Origin: Nitrosopumilus sp.
Lineage (GTDB): Archaea > Thermoproteota > Nitrososphaeria > Nitrososphaerales > Nitrosopumilaceae
Assembly (NCBI RefSeq): GCF_029882185.1
Contig: NZ_JAOULD010000001.1
Span: forward strand, 56,423-88,422
Direction: 5' to 3'
Length of the DNA: 32,000 bases
How positions within the stretch are numbered: position 1 is the first letter of the stretch; every line of letters begins with the position of its first letter. A program made the translations under genes and the position numbers. This document shows, in pieces, positions 16,325 through 23,765 of this stretch. The notes below the pieces were generated by a model. The model was not told the origin of the DNA, did no database searches, and saw nothing but the letters and a program-made list of their open reading frames with translations.

Positions 16325-17152
16325 TCATTTGGCCTTATCTACTTTGCAGCTTCCATCTGTGTTTCTTAGTTTTTTTGCCATAACATATGGTGTCACAAAT
16401 AATATCGGAATTGATATTGCAATAAACACTGTTTGTAATTGTGTTAATGCAATAGATAGTGCAATCCCACTTGCTGTTCCAATAAATATTGACAAAAATG
16501 TCCCTGCACAAGTAGGACATGCAATAAACAGGCCTATTACAGCTCCTATTGAACTAGCTCCTTTCCCTTTCTTGGAAATTGTATATGCATTTACTGCGAT
16601 TGCGGCATTTAATCCCACTAGATACGATACAATCACTTGCAACACTAAGTTTATTGGAATTATTTGTAATCCTACATGTTCAGTCAAGTAAATGATTATT
16701 TTTGGCATGTATCCTGGTCCATCACAACATGGTGCAACAAATCCTGATGGAATTTCAGCTCCATAATGAATCGCAAAGTTAACTTCTGGCTGATATACCA
16801 ATGTCCCTGAAACCAGCGAAAAAAATATTCCATATACGACAAATGTGACAACAAAGATTTTTTGAGATTTTGGATTCCATGTTGTAATGGCTATTATAGT
16901 TGAAAGATCTTTTCCTTTAATCTCTACTTTTTCCTTATGATACCTATACATTCCAAAAGCAATTGCACCAAAAGATACTACTAGTATTATGTAAAATCCA
17001 TATGCTATTCTTTGAATTGAATCAATTGCACTAGGTGTAAGTAGTTCTGGATCTTGATATCTTCCATACATCAAAAACAGGATTGCAATTGTTACAAATC
17101 CTAAAATGATTAATTTTTTCCCTTTACCTGTACTTCTTTTATCCATGACCAT
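16325..17152 (-). CDS. Polytopic membrane protein with PCC and CPTC cysteine motifs (275 aa)
   Basis: About 6-7 hydrophobic helices. Has APCCDGPGY in a loop and ACPTCAGT inside a predicted TM helix. No family name recognised. Confidence 0.75.
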   Translation of the reverse strand: MVMDKRSTGKGKKLIILGFVTIAILFLMYGRYQDPELLTPSAIDSIQRIAYGFYIILVVSFGAIAFGMYRYHKEKVEIKGKDLSTIIAITTWNPKSQKIFVVTFVVYGIFFSLVSGTLVYQPEVNFAIHYGAEIPSGFVAPCCDGPGYMPKIIIYLTEHVGLQIIPINLVLQVIVSYLVGLNAAIAVNAYTISKKGKGASSIGAVIGLFIACPTCAGTFLSIFIGTASGIALSIALTQLQTVFIAISIPILFVTPYVMAKKLRNTDGSCKVDKAK

Positions 17153-17186
17153 AACTTTGATTTTTCACATGAAATTAAATTTTATC

Positions 17187-19001
17187 TTAGCTAAGTTTAG
17201 GAACAAAAATGTAGATTATTGCAATAATTTCTAATCTGCCAAAAATCATCAAAAATCCTAATATTATTTTCGTTGCAGGATCTGTGTCAATGTCTATTAC
17301 ACCTGCTGACAGTCCTCCTGTAGTTATTACACCTGCGGCCTCAAAAAATGCATCTTGAAATGGAACATTTTCTATTGCTGCAAGATGTGCCCCTACGATG
17401 GTTGAGATGATTGGGAATAATGCGAGAATGATGAGAGTTGATATTAATTCTTTTTTTGCTTGGTGTGGCAGTTCTGCTCGTTTTGCTTTACTAAGAAATG
17501 CTTTTGCATTTTTAAGGTGAAACAATCTAAATATTTTCAAACCTCCTGCCGTTGAAAATCCACACCCTCCAATGAACATCAAAATTATCAAAATTGAATG
17601 TGCTCCACCATTTAATCCTGCAAGACTTTCTTGTTGGAGTCCTGCAGTTGTACTTGCAGATACTGAATAAAATGCACTTTGCATTGGATCAAGTCCACTT
17701 GTACTCATAAACAAAATTGTTGCACTTCCTAAAATTGCAAAATACACTAAAACTTCTTTTCCCAGTTTAGGCGAAAGGAATTTTTTTCTTACAAATGCAT
17801 AGTGGAATGTAAATGGTAATGCTCCTAGCACCATTGCTCCCATTAGGATGATATGTTCCTGCCAAACTAATCCATCAAGAATTGTGGATGTAGGTATGAA
17901 TCCTCCAGTTGCAAGTGTACTCATTGCTAATGAAAAATTATCTATGATGTTTCCTTCTCCAAACAAATACAGCAAAAATGCTACAATCACAATGTAAATT
18001 GAAAATATGACTGTGATGGTTGAGAAAAGTTCTTTCATGTGGAGTGTTCTGCCTGATATAAAACCACGCATGGATTGTAACTTGGATTCTGGATAAAATG
18101 CAGTAATTACCAAATAGATGAAACTCATTCCTCCTACAAGCTGAGTATAACTTCTAAAAAATGTGAAACTCTGAGATAGTTTTTCTGGTTCCTCAAATAA
18201 TGATATGCCCCCCGTAGTAAATCCAGCAGCACTTGAAAAAAATGCATTGCCAAACATCTCGATGTTTGTTTCATCGCTTGGCAAAACATAGAGATAAGGC
18301 ACTGTTCCAAAAAGCGAGAGTAAAAACAGGCTCGAAAAAACCAAAATTGAGGCTTGTTGTAAATTTAAACTGGATTTCTCTCCATAAGAATTCAAAAAAA
18401 ATCCAGTTACTAACAAAAGTACTGTGGTCAGATATATTCCAGTAGCAGTTGTAGTGTCTTCTAATAGTGTAGCAACAATTGCTGGAACAAGAAGTAAAAC
18501 TCCTGCAAATTGTAAAACAAAACCTAGATTTCCTAAAACTGCTTTTACTGGTGGACTAAGGAGTCGAGGAGCTGTGGCAGTTGCATCTCTGATCACATTA
18601 GCTATGACTGATTGAAAAATCATACCAATAACTTGATTCTTTTTTGATAGGACTGGAAGTTTTCTAATGTTATTATCTCTCATTTTATGTAATGCATCTT
18701 GCAGTGTTGATTTTTCATTAATTGTAATGAGTGGGGTGCTCATGATATCTTTTAACGTGGTAGCTTCGGCATATACTGTAACATCACTTACTTTGCTCAA
18801 AATATCTTCATCTGTCACAATTCCTACTGGAAGATTATTTTCATCTGTAACTATAATGTCATCTGTTTCATAATGCCGCAACATCCTTGCTGCTTCTCTT
18901 GTAAGTGTATGTTGTCCAAGTAACAAAACGTCTTTGTCCATATAGTTTGTAACATATTTATTTAGAACATATGATACAGCACGTTCTGGATTAGTTGACA
19001 T
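17187..19001 (-). CDS. trkH: TrkH/KtrB-family cation (K+) transporter with an N-terminal CBS-domain pair (604 aa)
   Basis: Residues about 20-145 form two CBS repeats (GIVTDEDIL, VIGMIFQSVI). The membrane part carries four pore-loop signatures: GFTTGG, LATGGF, STTAGL and ITTGGL. Confidence 0.88.
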   Translation of the reverse strand: MSTNPERAVSYVLNKYVTNYMDKDVLLLGQHTLTREAARMLRHYETDDIIVTDENNLPVGIVTDEDILSKVSDVTVYAEATTLKDIMSTPLITINEKSTLQDALHKMRDNNIRKLPVLSKKNQVIGMIFQSVIANVIRDATATAPRLLSPPVKAVLGNLGFVLQFAGVLLLVPAIVATLLEDTTTATGIYLTTVLLLVTGFFLNSYGEKSSLNLQQASILVFSSLFLLSLFGTVPYLYVLPSDETNIEMFGNAFFSSAAGFTTGGISLFEEPEKLSQSFTFFRSYTQLVGGMSFIYLVITAFYPESKLQSMRGFISGRTLHMKELFSTITVIFSIYIVIVAFLLYLFGEGNIIDNFSLAMSTLATGGFIPTSTILDGLVWQEHIILMGAMVLGALPFTFHYAFVRKKFLSPKLGKEVLVYFAILGSATILFMSTSGLDPMQSAFYSVSASTTAGLQQESLAGLNGGAHSILIILMFIGGCGFSTAGGLKIFRLFHLKNAKAFLSKAKRAELPHQAKKELISTLIILALFPIISTIVGAHLAAIENVPFQDAFFEAAGVITTGGLSAGVIDIDTDPATKIILGFLMIFGRLEIIAIIYIFVPKLS

Positions 19002-19020
19002 GAAGCTTCCTTAGTTGGGG

Positions 19021-19049
19021 ATTTTAAATAATTTGGGGTTACGCGTAAC
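19021..19049. promoter_or_regulatory. Divergent promoter region trkH / 19137 gene: TATA-like box plus a 12-bp palindrome
   Basis: attttaaataattt at 19021-19034 is centred about 27 nt from the trkH ATG at 19001. The perfect palindrome GTTACGCGTAAC at 19038-19049 lies immediately beyond it. A 9/11 related copy, TTATGCGTAAT, at 19135-19145 overlaps the ATG of 19137. Confidence 0.35.
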
Positions 19050-19136
19050 TTTTGATCGTTTAAAAATAATTCACCTTTTTTATTTTTTAATTGATCTCAT
19101 TTTTTGTTATCTTTATAAGCACTGAAACGCAAGTTT

Positions 19137-19577
19137 ATGCGTAATAGAATGGAAATTGATCAAGCACAAGAACCTGATTATGACTCTGTAAAAATTGATT
19201 ATGTTGGATTTGTTGATCCTTATGCTGTAGAAGGCATGGTTGTTCTAAAATCTGATGATGGAAAGGAATTTCATATGAGGGCATTTTCTGGAGAAGTAGC
19301 TAAACATATCTCTAGTTTTGGTGAAACTCAGGGTGAGGCGGCTCCATCAATTTACAAAATGATTGAGGAAATTTGTGAACAAAATGAATTGGTGCTAGTC
19401 AAAGTAAAAATTTATGAAAGTGGTGATGTATTACGCGCAAATCTCTATTTTACAGGAAAGAAAGATTTGGTGTTAAGGAATTATCGTGCCTCTGACGCTA
19501 TGGCTCTGGGTGCATTTTACAATATTCCAATTCTTGTAAGGAAAAGTCTTCTAAAAGAAAGTGTAGAGGCAGAATAG
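19137..19577 (+). CDS. Bifunctional-nuclease (DUF151/BFN) domain protein (146 aa)
   Basis: The layout matches DUF151: VVLKSDDGKEFHMRAFSGEVAKHI ... VLVKVKIYESGDVLRANLYF ... RASDAMALGAFYNIPILV. The usual RP.THDL segment is divergent. Confidence 0.6.
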   Translation: MRNRMEIDQAQEPDYDSVKIDYVGFVDPYAVEGMVVLKSDDGKEFHMRAFSGEVAKHISSFGETQGEAAPSIYKMIEEICEQNELVLVKVKIYESGDVLRANLYFTGKKDLVLRNYRASDAMALGAFYNIPILVRKSLLKESVEAE

Positions 19578-19625
19578 TTTCATCTTTTTCGAATGGTTTT
19601 TCTTATAGCGTTTTAATGAATAATT

Positions 19626-19844
19626 ATGAATGAACAAGAACAACTCATGGATAACCTACTAAATGTAGATCTTGAGATAATTGATATTATACGTGAATTA
19701 CATCAGACTAATTGGGATTCCAAATCATTAAAAGAACAAGTTGGTGATTTATTAAAAATTCGTGATGAAATGGTCCAACAACTGATGTCTCAAAAAGGTG
19801 ATGAACATTCATGTGATTGCGGCCATGGTCATTCACATGAATAA
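19626..19844 (+). CDS. Small helical protein with a Cys/His-rich C-terminal tail (72 aa)
   Basis: Ends in GDEHSCDCGHGHSHE. Otherwise helical and acidic. Confidence 0.5.
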   Translation: MNEQEQLMDNLLNVDLEIIDIIRELHQTNWDSKSLKEQVGDLLKIRDEMVQQLMSQKGDEHSCDCGHGHSHE

Positions 19845-20048
19845 TTATCTTAATTCTTCAAAAAAATTATCTGGAAACATTTTCTTGATTTTAATGATTT
19901 CTAATTGATATTTTTTGATCTTTGATTGAAGTATCTCTCTGTCTTTTCCTTGTGTATTTTCTTTTGATTTTTCTAGAATTTTGATTTGGTTTAATAGTGT
20001 TTTATACATGATAGAGTATTCAGGAAAATTTTCAGGAAGTTCTACCAT
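19845..20048 (-). CDS. Small charged helical protein (67 aa), small-helical family member
   Basis: YKTLLNQIKILEK and KIKKMFPDNFFEEL are shared with the 13763-14186 pair. It abuts 19626-19844 with zero gap. Confidence 0.5.
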   Translation of the reverse strand: MVELPENFPEYSIMYKTLLNQIKILEKSKENTQGKDREILQSKIKKYQLEIIKIKKMFPDNFFEELR

Positions 20049-20084
20049 TAAATAGATTAAACCCGGGTCTTACTAATACTGGTT

Positions 20085-20472
20085 GTGAAAATTCTCATTA
20101 CTTTGTTACTTGTTTTATTTTCAGGTGTGGGTATTGCTTTTGCAGATCCTGTGACTAAGACCTATTCTGAAAACAAAATTCACTTTGTTGACGAACAGAT
20201 TATGGTTGTGGCAGATATTTCAAATAACCAAGATACACCACAAAATTTTGCATACCTCACACAAGTAAAAACGATGAAGATGTGGTCATTTCTATATCTT
20301 GGTTAACTGATTCATTATCTCCAAGCCGCTCTTTTTCCCCTGCACAATCCTGGATTCCTAATGAATCAGGAACATATTATATTCAAGTATATGTTTGGGA
20401 AGGAATTGATCAACCCGTGCTCTATCTCTTCCTTTATCAATGACTGTTAATGTTCTTGAACGACAAACTTGA
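20085..20472 (+). pseudogene. Secreted protein gene (about 129 codons) with two apparent -1 frameshifts
   Basis: A GTG start and signal peptide MKILITLLLVLFSGVGIAFA continue to ...FAYLTQVK. The -1 frame then continues NDEDVVISISWLTDSLSPSRSFSPAQSWIPNESGTYYIQVYVWEGIDQP, and the next -1 frame gives RALSLPLSMTVNVLERQT and a stop. The junctions sit at the A5 run 20267-20271 and the C3 run 20414-20416. Confidence 0.55.
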
Positions 20473-20631
20473 TTTTTAAAAACGCTTCATAATTCGGCAA
20501 ACTCATCATCTATCAGTTATAGCTTAGTTTGTTGGTTAATCATCAGCATTTTTCCTTGTTATTTCTATGGTATATTATTATCCAATTTATGAAATCAGAA
20601 CCTTTTTGAAATCATTAACTGTTGTTGATAT

Positions 20632-20883
20632 ATGGCAAATTTTGAAAAATTATATTATCAAATTGCATTACAAATCATCAAGAGATGTCATGGCGCAATC
20701 AAAATCACCAAACATGGAAAAGTAATTGAAGTCTATGACACCAAGCGTCATATCTGGAGTCATGGTTTGGCGGGTCTTATAATAAAAGAAGAATGCAGAA
20801 ATGCGAATTTAAGAGAATGGGAATTTGCAAATGTTAGAACATATGTAATTAAAGAATTACTTGGAAAATCTGAAAATCAATAA
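20632..20883 (+). CDS. Hypothetical protein (83 aa)
   Basis: Open frame with no motif recognised. It overlaps the convergent gene 20877-21137 by 7 bp. Confidence 0.5.
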   Translation: MANFEKLYYQIALQIIKRCHGAIKITKHGKVIEVYDTKRHIWSHGLAGLIIKEECRNANLREWEFANVRTYVIKELLGKSENQ

Positions 20884-21137
20884 CCTACCTTTCTAATCAA
20901 ATGTGGCTCTTTTAACATAATAGTGTCGTCTTTTACTGATGATAAATCTACTTGTTTGAGATTATGATTTGTTATAACAATTAATGCTTCACATCTGGAA
21001 CATAGTATTGTTTTTCCGTTTGATCTTCCCTCTCTGATCAAATCTTTCTCCAATCTGTCTTCTTTTTGGCATGTTGGACAAAGTCTAGGCTCTTTCAATA
21101 TTGTGATAATTTCTTTAATGAAAATTGTTCTACCCAT
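20877..21137 (-). CDS. Small zinc-ribbon protein (86 aa)
   Basis: CPTC ... CSRC pairs separated by about 24 residues. Confidence 0.55.
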   Translation of the reverse strand: MGRTIFIKEIITILKEPRLCPTCQKEDRLEKDLIREGRSNGKTILCSRCEALIVITNHNLKQVDLSSVKDDTIMLKEPHLIRKVGY

Positions 21138-21620
21138 AATCGTGCTATTCCGTTGTTACTAATGAGTTGTATTGTTAATTGGTATCAGCAATCCATTTTG
21201 AATGTCAAACCGTTTTAATCATTCAAAATTAGAACGAATGGTATTCAGCATATTTCCAATCTAACCAATTAACATATTTTTTGAAACATTTCTTGGAAAT
21301 ATGTTTTTGGACTAGATTGATTTTCTTAACGTTTCATTAACTGCCCTTAAGTAACTATACATGGCATTATTTTTTTAGTTTTTATTTGGAATTCTCTGAT
21401 TTTCTTATCAATGTATCATTAAAAATTACGGTTCTTCTTTTTACGATAAAGTAATTTTCAAAATATTATATTAATACAAGGCAAGTTTTCTCTCCTAATG
21501 ACAATATCTCATATCTTTGAATGTAATTATCTAATTCTGTAATAAAAATTTCAATATTTTTAAATATTTATTGAAATAATTTATACTAAATTTTAAATAG
21601 TTATTTGTCTTATAGAATAT

Positions 21621-21752
21621 GATGTCGTTAGTTGAAAAATCTGACGATTAGATTGCGCGGCCCCGCAGAACAAAAAAGGCAATCAGACGTTTAGGCGTTT
21701 GACCACGAGAGGAATCTCTCAGAGTTCTGCAGTTAGGGGTTTGCGCCTTTTT
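21621..21752 (+). ncRNA. Candidate structured small RNA, unknown class
   Basis: The 93 nt at 21655-21747 are about half G+C by my count, in very AT-rich flanks. The long-range helix pairs 21655-21671 with 21724-21746 (GCGC/GCGC, GGCCCC/GGGGUU, GCAGAAC/GUUCUGC). It encloses hairpins 21684-21701 and 21707-21720 (GAGAG-GAAU-CUCUC), and a 5' hairpin lies at 21624-21648. Several G-U pairs exist only on the + strand. TTTTAAATA at 21591-21599 lies about 26 nt before 21621. A T5AT4 tract follows at 21748. Confidence 0.45.
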
Positions 21753-21759
21753 ATTTTAT
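21748..21759 (+). terminator. Oligo-T tract ending the ncRNA candidate
   Basis: tttttattttat lies directly after the closing helix. Confidence 0.35.
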
Positions 21760-21809
21760 TGAAAAATTGATTTGTCTTAATTGAACAGATGTGCATTCTT
21801 GAAATTTGA

Positions 21810-22901
21810 CTATGTCACTATTTCCTCTAAACGGTCTTCTTCTTGAGCTCGTTTTATCTCCATTGCAATTCTTCTACCTACTCCAAATGTCTGTCCATAT
21901 TGATATTTTGTGTAAGGACTAGTTGTTGCAACTATTGGATTGCCTGGAACTCTTAATGAGACATCGTAAACTATAAGCTCCAAATCTTTGGTGATTACAC
22001 TTTGCAGTGAAAATGGTCCTATAATTCCAGGGGCGTATTCTTTTTTGACTGCTGCTACAAATTTATCTCCCATTTTCAGTACTTTTTCAAGTAGTGACTC
22101 TCTGATACTTGCAGGAGTATGTCCTACTTCGATATTCTGTAAATCTATATCCATTTCTAACTGTTCTCTTGCAGGAAGTGCATTGTAATCATGAATGTTA
22201 GTTTGTAATCTTCTCTCAATCCCTATAAAGTCAACTTGATCTGAAATTGGGGTGTGGAAGAAATTAAAATTCATGTATGTTCCAATTGCTAACTCTTCAA
22301 TACTTGCTTTTTGAAGATCCTTTTTTGCGATGACTCCTTGTTTTATCTTCTCTTCTGATTTTTTAACATAATCTTTGTATGATGAAACTGTAAAGAACGC
22401 TCTTTCTAAAGGTCTGTTTTTTTCTTGTACTTTAACGATGCATGGTTTGTTTATTCTTTTAGGATCTTTGAATAATTTTGGATATTTTATTCTGGCTTTT
22501 TCCAGCAGATAATATTGTCCTTTTTTTGCTGTTCTTTCTTCTGCCTGAAACAGTTTTCTATTTCCAAAAATTGGTACTCTGAAAGAATTTTCAATTGTTT
22601 TGTATCCAAGATAAACAGTAAGTGATCTATGGGGAACTATGATTGTATTTGAATCTCTTAATTCTTTTTGATACTTGGCAGATGCCATATCTTTGAATTT
22701 ATCTAATACTGTGATTTCATCTGCTATTCTTCCAAATCTCTGATATGGACCTTCACGTCCTTTTTGACAGAACACTCTGGTCTGAAAATCCTCATCCTTT
22801 GCTCCATCCATAATTTCTAATGCTGAGTGGCTGCCTAGAACTCCGATCTTGACATCTGTATATTCATTAACAATTTTCTTAATTTCAGAACCTTTAATCA
22901 C
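21810..22901 (-). CDS. purP: 5-formaminoimidazole-4-carboxamide ribonucleotide (FAICAR) synthetase, ATP-grasp, archaeal PurP (363 aa)
   Basis: The N-terminal IGVLGSHSALEIMDGAKDEDF and the overall length and ATP-grasp layout are typical of archaeal PurP. GTG start. Confidence 0.85.
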   Translation of the reverse strand: MIKGSEIKKIVNEYTDVKIGVLGSHSALEIMDGAKDEDFQTRVFCQKGREGPYQRFGRIADEITVLDKFKDMASAKYQKELRDSNTIIVPHRSLTVYLGYKTIENSFRVPIFGNRKLFQAEERTAKKGQYYLLEKARIKYPKLFKDPKRINKPCIVKVQEKNRPLERAFFTVSSYKDYVKKSEEKIKQGVIAKKDLQKASIEELAIGTYMNFNFFHTPISDQVDFIGIERRLQTNIHDYNALPAREQLEMDIDLQNIEVGHTPASIRESLLEKVLKMGDKFVAAVKKEYAPGIIGPFSLQSVITKDLELIVYDVSLRVPGNPIVATTSPYTKYQYGQTFGVGRRIAMEIKRAQEEDRLEEIVT

Positions 22902-23023
22902 GTTATGCCTAGATAATGGGATCTAATATAGCTAATTTTTGATTATCCAGATCGGCATGAAACAATAGATTTTTCTCATCTATAATTTCATATCTTATTG
23001 TGTTGTATTCTTTTGAATTGCAA

Positions 23024-23143
23024 ATGGCTGGAGTAATCCTGCTTACTGCAATGGGTGCAGGTTCTATATCATTATGGTTTAAACGAAGAAAAGCACATCA
23101 AGCAATGGAAAATCTTGAAAACGAGGAATCTCAAAATTCCTAG
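23024..23143 (+). CDS. Possible 39-aa single-TM mini-protein
   Basis: My own translation gives MAGVILLTAMGAGSISLWFKRRKAHQAMENLENEESQNS: a TM helix, a basic stop-transfer segment and an acidic tail. Below the ORF-track cutoff. Confidence 0.3.
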   Translation: MAGVILLTAMGAGSISLWFKRRKAHQAMENLENEESQNS

Positions 23144-23200
23144 TGTCAATTTGCATATTCTATCTAATACATAAAATACTCTGAATTTCAAGGTTCTATT

Positions 23201-23758
23201 ATGAAACTTGTTATTGGAATTACTGGAAGTACTGGGGTAATCTATGGCATACGAATGCTTGAAACTTTAAAAAAATTAAACATTGAAACACATCTGATTC
23301 TTTCTCAATGGGGAGAAAAATGCATTTCAATGGAAACTGAACATACTATTGATTATGTGAAATCTCTTGCAACTAATACTTCTGATGAAAAGAATATGGC
23401 ATCAAGTGTTTCTAGCGGAACTCATAGAATTGATGGTATGATTGTTGCTCCTTGTAGTATGAAGACATTGGCAGCAATTGCAAATGGGTATGATGATACA
23501 CTTGTTGCAAGAGCAGCTGGTGTCACAATTAAGGAATCTAGAAAATTAATTTTAATGGTTAGAGAAACCCCACTTTCTGCAATTCATTTAGAAAACATGT
23601 TGAAATTATCTAGATTGGGAGTTGTAATTTTACCTCCAGTTACAGAGTTTTATACCAAACCAAAATCCATTGATGATATTGTAAATCATGGTGTTGGAAA
23701 ATGTTTAGACCAATTTGATATAGAGCACAATTTATACCCTCGATGGGGCACTCTTTAA
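23201..23758 (+). CDS. ubiX: Flavin prenyltransferase UbiX (prenyl-FMN synthase, 185 aa)
   Basis: MKLVIGITGSTGVIYG and VAPCSMKTLAAIANGYDDTLVARAA are hallmark UbiX/Pad1 motifs. Confidence 0.9.
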   Translation: MKLVIGITGSTGVIYGIRMLETLKKLNIETHLILSQWGEKCISMETEHTIDYVKSLATNTSDEKNMASSVSSGTHRIDGMIVAPCSMKTLAAIANGYDDTLVARAAGVTIKESRKLILMVRETPLSAIHLENMLKLSRLGVVILPPVTEFYTKPKSIDDIVNHGVGKCLDQFDIEHNLYPRWGTL

Positions 23759-23765
23759 ACTACTA

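Noticed and set aside
15977-16691. ORFs 15977-16177(+), 16060-16254(+), 16329-16691(+) and 16335-16520(-)
   Set aside because: They overlap 15931-16170 or the 275-aa membrane protein in alternative frames, with no independent support.
18233-18873. Three + strand ORFs inside trkH
   Set aside because: They are antisense to a gene with four pore-loop motifs and a CBS pair.
21619-21752. Naming the ncRNA candidate as a C/D box sRNA (AUGAUGU at 21619-21625, CUGA at 21641-21644), 5S rRNA or tRNA
   Set aside because: The box spacing is far too short for the C-guide-D'-C'-guide-D layout. The candidate lacks the 5S loop motifs, is too short for 5S, and has no cloverleaf with a T-loop. I left it as class unknown.
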